DNA of 64,000 bases from an uncultured Chloroflexia bacterium (GCA_963827475.1 CAWHAZ010000005.1:608001-672000), one strand, 5' to 3'. Counted from the stretch's first letter, positions 10,081 to 19,859 are shown. Numbers and translations: made by a program. The notes: a model not told the origin generated them from the letters alone.

Positions 10081-12868
10081 AGAAGAAATCCTCGGCGTCG
10101 ATGTCGGCCGACGACCCGGAGCCGTTCGTGGCGGGCGCGGTGCCGGGAACCTCGGTCGGCGTGCCGTGGAGCCGGTGCTGGAGCTCCTTCCAGGCGAGGT
10201 TGGCGTGGTCCACGCAGAGGACCACGATGTCGCCCTTGCGCCCGAGGTCCAGTGCGCGCTTCGTGGCGTCGAGCTCGTCGAGCACGACTTCGATCTTCTG
10301 GCAGCGGGCGCCCTCGCTGATCGCGGCCTCGATGCCCTCACGGATGAGCTCGGCGGTGGCGCCCGGCTGGCGGCCCCGCGGATTCCGGTCCTCGCGAATC
10401 ACGATCCGGTCGAAATAGCCGGCGGCGACCCGGCCGAGGTCGCGGATGTCGCGGTCCCGTCGGTCGCCGGCGGTGGCGATGACCCCGATTCGCCGGCCGG
10501 TGACGAGTGGATGATGGCCGTTGGTCGGCTCGGCGGCGATCGCGTCGATAAACGACCCGAGCGCAGTCATGGCATGCGAGTTGTGGGCGTAGTCGACCAG
10601 GACCCGGTAGCCGTCGAGCTCGAACATGTTCATCCGGCCCGGCGCCTGGAAGTACGACGTGGCGAAGGTCCGCAGCCCCTGCCGAATGTCGTGGAGGTGG
10701 GCGCCGGCGGCCCACGCCGCGGCGGTCGCAGCCAGCGCATTCGCCACGTTCATCCGGGCGCGGCCCTCGAAGGTGGCCGGGATGAGGTGGGTCCAGACCA
10801 GGGGCAGGCTCTTGCGGCCCTGGCGCAGGACGATGAGGTCGCCGTTGCGACCCGGCTCGATCGTGACCGACCGGCGGCCGCGGGACGCCTGGCGACGAAG
10901 CGTCTCGTTCTCGGCGTTCAGGCTGAAGTAGATGACCGATCCGGAGCAGGCCGCCGCCATCTTCGCCACCAGCGGGTCGTCCGCGTTGAGGACCGCCGTC
11001 CCGGACCGGGGAACAGCCTCAACGATCACCTGCTTCACAGCGGCGAGCTGGCGGAGGCTGGTGATGCCGCCCAGGCCGAGGTGGTCGGATGCGACGTTGA
11101 GGACGACGGCCACGTCATTGCGCTGGTAGCCGAGGCCCTCGCGGAGGATCCCGCCCCGGGCGACCTCGAAGACCGCGGTGTCGACCAGGGGGTTCTGGAG
11201 GACCATCGAGGCGGATTTCGGGCCGCTCATGTCGCCGCGGCGGATCGGCCTACCGTCGATCAGGATCCCATCGGTGCTGGTCATCCCGATCTTGCGCCCC
11301 ATGCCCTTGAGGATGTGGCTGATCATCCGAGCCGTTGTCGTCTTGCCGTTGGTGCCGGTCACGGCCACGATCGGGATCCGGGACGCCGTCCCGGGCGGGA
11401 AGAGCATGTCGATTACCGGCTTGGCCACGTACTGCGGCTCGCCCTCGGTCGGGTTCGTGTGCATCCGGAATCCCGGGGCGGCGTTCACCTCCACGATGCC
11501 GCCGCCGGTCTCGCGGACCGGGACGCTGATGTCGGGGCAGATGAAGTCGATGCCGGCGATGTCGAGACCGATGACCTTGGCCGCCTGCTCGGCGATCTCC
11601 TGGTTCTCCGGGTGGATCTCCTCGGTCCGATCGATGCTGATCCCACCGGTGCTCATGTTCCCGGTGCGCTTGAGGTAGACCCGCGTTCCCTTGGGCGGCA
11701 CGGCGTCCAGCGCGAAGCCCTGCTCCGCCGCGTAGCTCTCGGATTCCTCGTCGACCGCGATCCGGGTCAGGACCCTTTCGTGACCGATGCCGCGCCGCGG
11801 GTCGGCATTGGTGATCGCCACCAGCTCGATGACCGTCTGCTTCCCGTCCCCGTCGACGTGCGCCGGGACGCGCTGGGCCACCGCCCGCAGCTCCCCGCCG
11901 ACCACCAGGCAGCGGTAGTCGTTGCCGACGAGGAACGACTCCACGACCACGCCGCCGAATCGGGACTCGGCCCGGGCCAGCGGGTACGCGTTGCGGACGG
12001 CGGCCTCATCGGCGAGGTTCAGCATCACCCCGCGGCCGTGGTTCCCGTCCAGCGGCTTCATCGCGACCGGATACCGGATGCGGGCCGCCGCGGTGGCCGC
12101 CTCGTCCGCGCTGCGCACCACCTCCGAGCGCGGCACCGGCACCCCGGTCGCGGCCAGCAGCCGATTGGTGAGCTTCTTGTCCTGCGCGATGTCCACGCCC
12201 AGCGCCGCGGTCTGCGAGGTCATCGTTGCCCGGATCCGCTTCTGATGGACGCCATGTCCGAGCTGGACCAGCGACGCCTCGTTGAGCCGGATCCACGGGA
12301 TATCGCGGAGCGCAGCCTCGTCGAGGATGGCCTGGGTCGATGGCCCGAAGGCCGCCCGCTCGGCGAGGCGGATGAGCTGCTCGAACTCGGCCCGGAAATC
12401 GAAGTCCGGCTCCGCTTCTACCAGGTGGTTGACCAGGCGAACGGCGAGCCGGCCGGCGGCCAGTCCCACGCTCTCCTCGGCGTACGAGAAGATCACGTGG
12501 TAGCGACCCTTCTGGCCCGTGGACCGGGTCTTTCCCCGACCGACCTCCGTGCCCGCGTCGCGCTGCAGCTGGAGGGCGATATGCTCCGCCACGTGGCCGA
12601 GCCATGTGCCTTCTCGCAGGCGGCCCTCGAAGCCGCCTGGCCGTCCCGTCCCGCATGAATGGGTCGCGACCTCGGGCACGATCCCGAGCAGGCGGTCGGT
12701 GAAGCCCTCGAGCTTGTTGGTCGGGTACTCCTCGAGCTCGCCGAGGTCGACGATGAGCTTGATGGTCGGGTCGTACGACCAGTAGTTCGGGCCCCGGTAG
12801 ACCCGCTGCTCGATGATGCGCAAGGTCCCGCGCGGGCCGGCGCCCTCCTGCGCCGCGCGCCGAGTCAC
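10079..12868 (-). CDS. cphA: Cyanophycin synthetase (CphA1 type)
   Basis: N domain GPNYW...HSCG...HVAEH; GPST; ATP-grasp KPLDGNHGRGV, EVNAAPGFRMH; Mur domain GTNGKTT, DYAHN, GDRRD. 929 aa. Confidence 0.96.
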   Translation of the reverse strand: MTRRAAQEGAGPRGTLRIIEQRVYRGPNYWSYDPTIKLIVDLGELEEYPTNKLEGFTDRLLGIVPEVATHSCGTGRPGGFEGRLREGTWLGHVAEHIALQLQRDAGTEVGRGKTRSTGQKGRYHVIFSYAEESVGLAAGRLAVRLVNHLVEAEPDFDFRAEFEQLIRLAERAAFGPSTQAILDEAALRDIPWIRLNEASLVQLGHGVHQKRIRATMTSQTAALGVDIAQDKKLTNRLLAATGVPVPRSEVVRSADEAATAAARIRYPVAMKPLDGNHGRGVMLNLADEAAVRNAYPLARAESRFGGVVVESFLVGNDYRCLVVGGELRAVAQRVPAHVDGDGKQTVIELVAITNADPRRGIGHERVLTRIAVDEESESYAAEQGFALDAVPPKGTRVYLKRTGNMSTGGISIDRTEEIHPENQEIAEQAAKVIGLDIAGIDFICPDISVPVRETGGGIVEVNAAPGFRMHTNPTEGEPQYVAKPVIDMLFPPGTASRIPIVAVTGTNGKTTTARMISHILKGMGRKIGMTSTDGILIDGRPIRRGDMSGPKSASMVLQNPLVDTAVFEVARGGILREGLGYQRNDVAVVLNVASDHLGLGGITSLRQLAAVKQVIVEAVPRSGTAVLNADDPLVAKMAAACSGSVIYFSLNAENETLRRQASRGRRSVTIEPGRNGDLIVLRQGRKSLPLVWTHLIPATFEGRARMNVANALAATAAAWAAGAHLHDIRQGLRTFATSYFQAPGRMNMFELDGYRVLVDYAHNSHAMTALGSFIDAIAAEPTNGHHPLVTGRRIGVIATAGDRRDRDIRDLGRVAAGYFDRIVIREDRNPRGRQPGATAELIREGIEAAISEGARCQKIEVVLDELDATKRALDLGRKGDIVVLCVDHANLAWKELQHRLHGTPTEVPGTAPATNGSGSSADIDAEDFF

Positions 12869-13854
12869 TCGCTGGCTTCCTCGAGTGCGCGGGAGCGGAC
12901 CGATCGCCGTCGGGAGCGTTCGGGAGCGCTGTCGTCGGCACCCTCCGCCGCGATGCGGCGGATCAGGCGGCGCGTGCGATCGGACGCGGCCTGGATGTGG
13001 GCGAGCTGGCGATCGGTGGCGTCGACCGGCCGCAGGGTGGCCCGGACCTGGCGTCGACGGAGGTCGAATCGGTATCCCGAGGGGAGGCTGTGGAGGACGA
13101 CCCCGCTGACCATGATCGGCCGATGCCGCTTGGCCTCATAGGCATCGGTCTGGAGCTTGGCGGGGTCGAGGATGGTGACCGCCCCCTTGCCGATGACCTC
13201 CAGCACGCCGCTCGGCGAGACGACCGCGGCCGTGTCCTCGTCGAGGCCAATCCCCAGCAGGCCCGGCGACTGGGCGACGAGCGCGATGAGACGACCGATG
13301 CGGTTTCGCTGCTCGAAGTGCTGGTCGATGACGACCCCCGGCAGCAGGCCGAGGCCCGCGCTCATCTGGGTCATCCGCTGCTTGGGCGTTGCCCCGCTGG
13401 TGCCGAAGGCGACCATGTGGCTGGCGATGGCCGATGCGCCGGCGCTGGTGCCGGCGACGACGAGCCCGTGCTTGTGGCCCTCGACGAGCGCCTTGCCGAG
13501 CTTCGTACCTCCCACCACGCTCGAGAGTCGCAGCTGGTTGCCGCCGGTGAGGAACACCCCGGTCGCTTCGCGGACCTGCTCGGCCACTCGGGTGGCGTTC
13601 GCCTCCTCGCGGGTGAGCGGCCGCACGCTGTGCACCTCGGCGGCGCCGAGCTGGTGGAACAGGGACCCGTACAGGTCGGTCGCCTCGTCACCAAGGGAGG
13701 ACGCGGTCGAGATGATGAGAATCCGCGCCGAGGGCCCGCCGGCCAGGGTGACGAAGCGCGTGAGGATCGTGCGCTGGCGCAGCTTGTCTTCCGCGCCGCC
13801 GATCATCACCAGGTGCCCAGCACGTGGCCGCGCCGGGCGGGAGGTCGCAGCCAT
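12865..13854 (-). CDS. cphB: Cyanophycinase (S51 serine peptidase)
   Basis: IGGAEDK, TGGNQ, GTSAGA, IDQHFEQRNRIGRL, GLDEDT. The stop overlaps the cphA start. ATG at 13854 follows TGnTATGCT. Confidence 0.94.
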   Translation of the reverse strand: MAATSRPARPRAGHLVMIGGAEDKLRQRTILTRFVTLAGGPSARILIISTASSLGDEATDLYGSLFHQLGAAEVHSVRPLTREEANATRVAEQVREATGVFLTGGNQLRLSSVVGGTKLGKALVEGHKHGLVVAGTSAGASAIASHMVAFGTSGATPKQRMTQMSAGLGLLPGVVIDQHFEQRNRIGRLIALVAQSPGLLGIGLDEDTAAVVSPSGVLEVIGKGAVTILDPAKLQTDAYEAKRHRPIMVSGVVLHSLPSGYRFDLRRRQVRATLRPVDATDRQLAHIQAASDRTRRLIRRIAAEGADDSAPERSRRRSVRSRALEEASE

Positions 13855-13906
13855 CCGGGGGAGCATAGCAACCCCGATCCAGCCGGCGGACCCGTACACT
13901 CGTCGG

Positions 13907-15085
13907 ATGGCCTCGTCGCCGGACGTCACCCACCAGGACCTCGACTTCTACGCCGTCCTGGACGTGGATCCCGCGGCCACCGCGGATCAGCTGCGGGTCG
14001 CGTTCCGACGAGCCGTCCTGCGCCACCACCCCGATCGGAGCGGCGCGTCCACGGGTCTGGCCACGCGCCGCACGTCCCTGCTGAACCGCGCATGGTCCGA
14101 GCTGCGCGACCCGGCGCGACGGCGCGCGTACGACGGCGCCCTCGAGCGGGGCGAGGCCGCGACCGTCGCGTGGCCGGTGGCCGCAGGCGAGCCACCGCGG
14201 GCCGGCTCGACCCGTCCGCGCCGATCGCGGCGCGGCCGGGTGGCCGCCGAGCCGAGTCCGTGGCACCAACCCGCCTGGCGATCGGTCGAGGGTTTCCGCG
14301 TCCCGGCCGCGGTGTTCCTCGACCAGCCGGAGGCGCAGCGACGGTGGATCGTCGAGCACCACATCGCTGGTCAGGACTGGCGCGACCACCGGGAGCGCTA
14401 TTGGCTCCGCTTTGCCGCCGGCCACTACCACGAGCGGGGCCGGCTCGACGACTGGGTCGGCGCTTCCGAGCGCCTGGTCGAGATCGACCGGTCCTTCGAC
14501 ACTCTCGCCCGCTCCGACCTGCGCTCGGCCTACGAGGCCACCGACCGCCACCTTGCCGGCGCAACCTTCCTGGCGGAGGCGGCCGAGCGCTGGCCCGCCG
14601 GGAGCGCGGCCCGGACCTGGGTCGAGCGCGAGATGCGCACGTTGCTCGCGGACTTCCGGGAGCGCCATGTGCGCCGCGGCCCGGCGGCAGATCGGGCACC
14701 GAACGCCGACCTGCTGTTCAACTACCTCGCCGGACTGGCCATGGAGCCGACGCCGGCCGACCTGCGCGCCGCGGAGCTCGTGCATCGCCGGGCAGGCCAC
14801 GGAGAGCGGGCAGCGGTCCTGCGCGAGCGCCTCCTCGCGCTGCCGGTGGGGGACGGCGACGGTTGGTACAGCCGGGTGCAGCTGCTGACCGATGCCGGGG
14901 AGCTGGAACGCGCCTCGCTGTTGTTGGCCGAGGTTGCCCGCGGCGACCACCCCGACGCGTTGGATCCGCGGCGGGTCCGCGGCCAGCCCTCCGTCCGCAT
15001 GGCGCGGGCACGGGCGCGGCTGGAACGGGCCCAGGCTCGGTCGCGCCGGAACGGGACGTCGCCGGCGGCGCGGAAGCGGGACTAG
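13907..15085 (+). CDS. J-domain (DnaJ-like, class C) protein with uncharacterised helical C-terminus
   Basis: DFYAVLDV...AFRRAVLRHHPDR...LNRAWSELRDPARRRAYD; HPD motif intact. Confidence 0.82.
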   Translation: MASSPDVTHQDLDFYAVLDVDPAATADQLRVAFRRAVLRHHPDRSGASTGLATRRTSLLNRAWSELRDPARRRAYDGALERGEAATVAWPVAAGEPPRAGSTRPRRSRRGRVAAEPSPWHQPAWRSVEGFRVPAAVFLDQPEAQRRWIVEHHIAGQDWRDHRERYWLRFAAGHYHERGRLDDWVGASERLVEIDRSFDTLARSDLRSAYEATDRHLAGATFLAEAAERWPAGSAARTWVEREMRTLLADFRERHVRRGPAADRAPNADLLFNYLAGLAMEPTPADLRAAELVHRRAGHGERAAVLRERLLALPVGDGDGWYSRVQLLTDAGELERASLLLAEVARGDHPDALDPRRVRGQPSVRMARARARLERAQARSRRNGTSPAARKRD

Positions 15086-16470
15086 CCCGAAGCGGTTTCC
15101 TCTTCGATGCCGTCGTCCGACGGGTGGATCACCTCCACCTGGCCGAGGTTCGCGGCCTCCAGGCCGGGGCGAACCGCCTCGGCGTCGCCGGCGAGCACGA
15201 CGAGCGCCTCTGCCGGGCGGAGGAGGCCGGCCGCCGCCGCGAGCACCTCGCGGGGGCCGACGGCCTCGATCCGATCGCGGTACGTCGCCCACCAGTCGTG
15301 GTCGAGACCGTAGATCGCGACCGGCTCGATCCCGGCCGCTGCCCCGCCGGTGGTCTCGAAGCGCAGGGGGAAGACGCCGATGAGGTAGTCGGTCACTTCC
15401 TGCAGCTCCTCGGTCGAGGGCTCTGCGGCCTGCAGTCCGTCGAGCACGGCGAACGTCTCGCGGACCGCGTCCGCGGTGACCTCGGTATGGACGGCGGCCC
15501 GGGCGGAGAACGGGCCGGCGGCGCGGCGGGGATCGAAGGCCGCCCGGGCGCCGTAGGTGTAGCCCAGCTCCTCCCGCAGCCGCTGGTTCAGCCGGCTGCT
15601 GAACGTCCCGCCCAGCAGCGAGGCCATGACCATGGCCGGGAAGTAGTCGGCGTGGTCCCGCGCGATCCCCACGTGGCCGATCCGCAGCTCGCTCTGGACC
15701 GAGCCTGGCCGATCAACGATCACCACCCGCCGACCGCCTCGGTCCTTCGCGGTGATGGTTCGATGTCCCGGGCTCGTGCCCTCCCAGCCGCCGAAGGCCG
15801 ACGCCGCGGCGGTGCGCACCTGTTCCGCGGTGACCGGCCCGGCCACCACTACGTGGGCGCGGTCCGGGCGCCAGTTCCGGGTGTGGTGGGCTCGCGCCGA
15901 AGCCACCGTCAGCGGCTCGACCGTCTCCGGGACGCCGGCCCCCAGCCGGCCGTACGGCGAGTCCTCCGGGTAGATCTGGCGCAGGAAGTGCTCGTCGGCC
16001 AATCGACCAGGCTCCGAGCGCGCCTGGAGGATGTCGGCCAGCCGCTCCTCCCGCAAGCGGTCGAACTCCCCCTCGTCGAAGCGCGGCTCGAGCACCATCT
16101 CGGCCAGCAGCTCGAGCCCGGCCTCGAAGCGGTCGGCGAGGGCGAGGAACCCGGCCCGGGCGACGTCCCACGACGATTCGGCGTGGAGCTCGATCCCGAG
16201 CCGCTCGGTGGCCTCGGAGAAGGCGTGACCGTCGAGCCGTCGGGTCCCGGTGACCAGGGTTTCGGCGGTGAGGGCCGCGATCCCCGCCTCGGCCTCGTCC
16301 TCCGCCGCGGCGCCGCCGTCGACCATGAGGTGCACGCTGACGAGGTCACGGTCCGGGAGGGGGACGGTCCACATCGTCAACCCGCTCGGCAGCCGCTCAT
16401 GGACGAAGTGGGGGAAGTGATACGACCGGGGTGCGCCGGGTGCCGGGCGAAGGGGATTCGGCGCGGTCAT
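15082..16470 (-). CDS. M16 peptidase, non-catalytic subunit
   Basis: M16 fold motifs LGGTFSSRLNQRLREELGYTY; no HxxEH. Confidence 0.9.
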   Translation of the reverse strand: MTAPNPLRPAPGAPRSYHFPHFVHERLPSGLTMWTVPLPDRDLVSVHLMVDGGAAAEDEAEAGIAALTAETLVTGTRRLDGHAFSEATERLGIELHAESSWDVARAGFLALADRFEAGLELLAEMVLEPRFDEGEFDRLREERLADILQARSEPGRLADEHFLRQIYPEDSPYGRLGAGVPETVEPLTVASARAHHTRNWRPDRAHVVVAGPVTAEQVRTAAASAFGGWEGTSPGHRTITAKDRGGRRVVIVDRPGSVQSELRIGHVGIARDHADYFPAMVMASLLGGTFSSRLNQRLREELGYTYGARAAFDPRRAAGPFSARAAVHTEVTADAVRETFAVLDGLQAAEPSTEELQEVTDYLIGVFPLRFETTGGAAAGIEPVAIYGLDHDWWATYRDRIEAVGPREVLAAAAGLLRPAEALVVLAGDAEAVRPGLEAANLGQVEVIHPSDDGIEEETASG

Positions 16471-17762
16471 GCCGCGGCCTCGTCATCGGTCTCGTCCTCG
16501 GCGGGAACGTAGGTCAGGATCACCCGGTTGTCCGCTCCGGTCCGAGCGGACATGGCCGCGCGGATGCGGGCCGCGTCCACCGCGTCGTAGCGCGCGACCT
16601 CGGTGTTGACCATCTCCGGCGCGTCGAACAGGCAGGCGTATTGGCTGATCCGATCGGCCCGTTCACCGACCTGCTCGAGGCCGGCCTCCACGGCGGCTGC
16701 GTGGAGGGTCCGGACCCGGGCCAGCTCGTCCTCGGACGGTCCCTCTGCCGCGAGCCGGTCGATCTCCGCCAGCAGCTCGGCCTCGAGGTCCTCGACCGCG
16801 ACCTCGGGCCGGGCGGTGGCCCAGATGCCCAGCGCCGTCGACCCGTGGGCCCACGGGAACACGAACGCGGCCACGTCTGCGGCCAGCTGCTGCTCTCGGA
16901 CGAGTGAGCGGTACAGCCGTGAGGCCCGCCCGGTGCCCAGCAGGTCGCTGACGACGTTGATGTCCTCGTGGTCGTCGGTGCCGAAGGGCGGAATCCGATA
17001 GGCGAGGTGCACGCGGGCGAGCTCGACCTGGTCTTGCACCACCTCACGGATCTCCCCGCCGAGCGTCGGGGGGACGTCCATGTTCGGCGGGGCTGGGAGC
17101 TGGTCGTTGGCGGGGATCGGCCCGAAGTGGCGTTCGATGCCCGCCAGGGCCGCGTTCGGGTCGAAGTCCCCGGCCACGGTCAGGACCGCGTTGTTCGGCG
17201 CGTAGTAGGTCGCGAAGAAACGGCTGACGTCGTCCAGGGAGGCGGCGGTCAGATCTTCCATCGAGCCGATCGTGGAGTGGTGGTAGGGATGACCCTTCGG
17301 CCAGAGGAGCTCCTGCATCCGCTCTTCCGCGGTCCCGTACGGCTGGTTGTCGACCGACAGCCGCCGCTCGTTCTTCACGACGTCCCGCTGGTTGTCGAGC
17401 TTCTCCTGGGTCATGGCCGGCAGGAGGCTCGCCATCCGGTCGGACTCGAGCCACAGCGCGAGCTCGAACTCGTGCGAGGGGAGCGTCTCGAAGTAGTTCG
17501 TCCGGTCGGTCCAGGTCGACGCGTTGAGTGTCCCGCCGGCGGCCTGGACCTGGGCGAAGTGTTCGCCCTTGGCCACGTTGGCCGAGCCCTGGAACATCAT
17601 GTGCTCGAACAGGTGGGCGAACCCGGTGCGCCCCGCTTCCTCGTTCCGGCTGCCGACGTCGTACCACAGGTTGACGGCCACGATCGGCGTCCGGGAGTCG
17701 GGGGACAGGATGACCCGCAGGCCATTGTCGAGTCGGTGCCGCTCGATGGGAACGTGGGCCAT
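16467..17762 (-). CDS. M16 peptidase, catalytic subunit
   Basis: LDNGLRV, VGSRNE..GRTGFAHLFEHMMFQGS, NAST, VVKNERR, YYAPNNA. ATG at 17762. Confidence 0.93.
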   Translation of the reverse strand: MAHVPIERHRLDNGLRVILSPDSRTPIVAVNLWYDVGSRNEEAGRTGFAHLFEHMMFQGSANVAKGEHFAQVQAAGGTLNASTWTDRTNYFETLPSHEFELALWLESDRMASLLPAMTQEKLDNQRDVVKNERRLSVDNQPYGTAEERMQELLWPKGHPYHHSTIGSMEDLTAASLDDVSRFFATYYAPNNAVLTVAGDFDPNAALAGIERHFGPIPANDQLPAPPNMDVPPTLGGEIREVVQDQVELARVHLAYRIPPFGTDDHEDINVVSDLLGTGRASRLYRSLVREQQLAADVAAFVFPWAHGSTALGIWATARPEVAVEDLEAELLAEIDRLAAEGPSEDELARVRTLHAAAVEAGLEQVGERADRISQYACLFDAPEMVNTEVARYDAVDAARIRAAMSARTGADNRVILTYVPAEDETDDEAAA

Positions 17763-17844
17763 GGCGCGAGCCTCGCGAGAGAGCGGTGACGGCGTACGTA
17801 GCGGGCTCATCGGAGCCCGCCGGGACGCCATGGGTGGGGTCGAT

Positions 17845-17919
17845 TGGTGAGCGCCCAGGGATTCGAACCCTGAACCTAGTGATTAAGAGTCACTTGCTCT
17901 GCCGTTGAGCTAGGCGCCC
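17845..17919 (-). tRNA. tRNA-Lys(CTT)
   Basis: Reverse complement GGGCGCCTAGCTCAACGGCAGAGCAAGTGACTCTTAATCACTAGGTTCAGGGTTCGAATCCCTGGGCGCTCACCA; anticodon loop CTCTTAA; encoded CCA. Confidence 0.96.
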
Positions 17920-17968
17920 GTCCGATGATGCCCGACCAACGGCCGCGGGCGCAACTCGTGGCCCGTGG

Positions 17969-18616
17969 CTACTCGATGGCCGGCGGACCGGGTCCGCCAC
18001 CGGGCTCCGGCGCGTCACCGTAGTGCTGGTCGATGAAGGTGTCCATCAGCTCGGTGTCGATCTCGTCGAGGTACAGCAGCCACGTCCACGCCACCACCGC
18101 GATCGGCGATCCGAAGTCGTCACCGGCCCACGGGGCCACCAGGACCTTGTACCGCTCGCCGACGTTCCACTCCCGCGTGTAGTCCGCCAGCTCGGCAATC
18201 TCGGTCGGGGAGACCTGGTCGGTCTGGTACCAGATCACGATTCCGCCGTGCTCCAGGTTGTGGATGGCCGGCTCCTGCGGGATGGCGGAGGGGTAGACCC
18301 CCCACTGCAGCGGGGTGGGCCAATGCGGCCCGGAGGCTGCCGGGGTCGACGAGTACGGCCCGCCTGCGGTCCCCTCCTCGATGTGGGTGCGACCGTCCAT
18401 CGCCTGGGGCTGGCCGACCGTCGCGGACTGCCCCGGCGCGAGGAGGGCGAACAGGACGATGGCGGTCAGGCCCACGATCACGAGCAGACCGATGCCGACG
18501 ATGACCAGCGGCGTCCCGGTCAGGCGGCTGGAGGATCCCGCGCCGACCCGACGCTGGAGGGCATCCTCGCTGGCGCGGGTTCGACGCTGGGGAGCAGCGG
18601 TTCGGCGACGGGACAT
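17969..18616 (-). CDS. DUF3105 family membrane-anchored protein
   Basis: TM helix followed by YSSTPAASGPHW and HNLEHGGIVIWY, AW motifs. Confidence 0.85.
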   Translation of the reverse strand: MSRRRTAAPQRRTRASEDALQRRVGAGSSSRLTGTPLVIVGIGLLVIVGLTAIVLFALLAPGQSATVGQPQAMDGRTHIEEGTAGGPYSSTPAASGPHWPTPLQWGVYPSAIPQEPAIHNLEHGGIVIWYQTDQVSPTEIAELADYTREWNVGERYKVLVAPWAGDDFGSPIAVVAWTWLLYLDEIDTELMDTFIDQHYGDAPEPGGGPGPPAIE

Positions 18617-18693
18617 TGGCCGGAGAGGATAGCCGAGGCGGGGCAGATGGTCTGGGAGGGGTCGTTGGGGCCGCGTTGCTAGAATCGGCGAGC

Positions 18694-19101
18694 GTGACTG
18701 CCGAGAATCCCGAACCAACCGGAATGCGGGGCCTGCTCGGCCTGCTCATCGAGCAGGTGATCGAGCTCGGCCGGATCTACGCCAGCGCCGCGCGGCAGGA
18801 GGTCGAAGTCGGCCTCAACCACATCAAGATTGCCGCGATCTTCTTCGGCGTGATGGTCGCGCTGCTGGCGGTGGGCTTCATGGTCCTCGTTCTGCTGCTC
18901 GTGTCCGCCATCAGCGCCGCCACCGGGCTGCCGCTGTGGGTCACGGCCCTGCTGGTCCTCACCGTGGTGCTGGTGCTGGCGACACTGTTCGGGTGGCTCG
19001 GGTACCGTCGGGTGCAGAAGGCCAGCGTGATGCCCGATGAAACGATTGCCGCGGCCAAGGAGGATCTCGAGTGGGTGCAACACTTGACGAGACGCGACTA
19101 G
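18694..19101 (+). CDS. Holin-X/YqjE-like membrane protein (phage_holin_3_6 family)
   Basis: QEVE...two TM helices...PDETIAAAKEDLEW; paired with a DUF3618-like gene. GTG start after TAGAAT. Confidence 0.75.
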   Translation: MTAENPEPTGMRGLLGLLIEQVIELGRIYASAARQEVEVGLNHIKIAAIFFGVMVALLAVGFMVLVLLLVSAISAATGLPLWVTALLVLTVVLVLATLFGWLGYRRVQKASVMPDETIAAAKEDLEWVQHLTRRD

Positions 19102-19859
19102 AGCTCGATGCGCAGCGGGCGCGAGTCCGCGGCACGGCTGAGCAACTCGAGGACGCCACCCGCCGGTCGCTGGACGTGCGGGCGATCATCGGCCGCCATC
19201 CGGCGCGCGTGGTGGGGCTCAGTGCCGCCGCTGCTTTCTTCCTGTTCGGCGGGCCCCACCGCACGGTCCGCGCCGTGCGCCACGCCCTCGGGGCCCCCGC
19301 CGAAGGTGCCAAGGCCTACGCCGCCCTGCCGCCGACCCTCCGCTCACTGGTCGACGAGCTGGCGCCTGGCCTTGGCCAGTCGAAGGCGGACGCCAAGGGC
19401 CAGATGGCGCTGGCCCTCCACGCATGGCGCGAGAACCCGAAGAACCGGAAGAAGGCCGATCGCCTGATCAGTGAGACGCTGACCCCGCCCGGGCCGTCGC
19501 GGACGTTCTGGGCCCTGGTCGAGGTCGCCGGGGTGACCGCGGCCGGCATCATCGCCAAGCAGGTCGTGGGCCGCAGCCTCGCCAGCGGCGCCTTTGGCGC
19601 CCTGCTCGGCCGCACGGGATCGAAGGCCACGACCGAGCCGAAGGCGACCACGGCCTCGAAGGAAGAGGCCGATGCGAAGCCGCCAGGCAAGCCCAAGGCC
19701 AAGGGCGAGCCCCAGGCCAAGGCCGAGCCCCAGGCCAAGGTCGAGCCCAAGGCCGCGACTGGGTCAGGCTCGAACGGCTATGCCGGCTGGTCCGGGCGGC
19801 AGGCCTCGGTGGCCGGGCCGGCCCGCGAGCCCACCGCGCCGACCAAGACCTCGAACTGA
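19071..19859 (+). CDS. DUF3618-like protein with KAEPQA repeats
   Basis: LDETRLELDAQRARVRGTAEQL N-terminus; typical partner of holin-X; 18-bp repeats around 19697-19754. Confidence 0.55.
   Translation: MGATLDETRLELDAQRARVRGTAEQLEDATRRSLDVRAIIGRHPARVVGLSAAAAFFLFGGPHRTVRAVRHALGAPAEGAKAYAALPPTLRSLVDELAPGLGQSKADAKGQMALALHAWRENPKNRKKADRLISETLTPPGPSRTFWALVEVAGVTAAGIIAKQVVGRSLASGAFGALLGRTGSKATTEPKATTASKEEADAKPPGKPKAKGEPQAKAEPQAKVEPKAATGSGSNGYAGWSGRQASVAGPAREPTAPTKTSN

Noticed and set aside
18694-19101. Prophage, suggested by a holin-like gene between two tRNAs
   Set aside because: The holin-X/DUF3618 pair is a common chromosomal module. There is no integrase, att duplication, phage gene or compositional shift.
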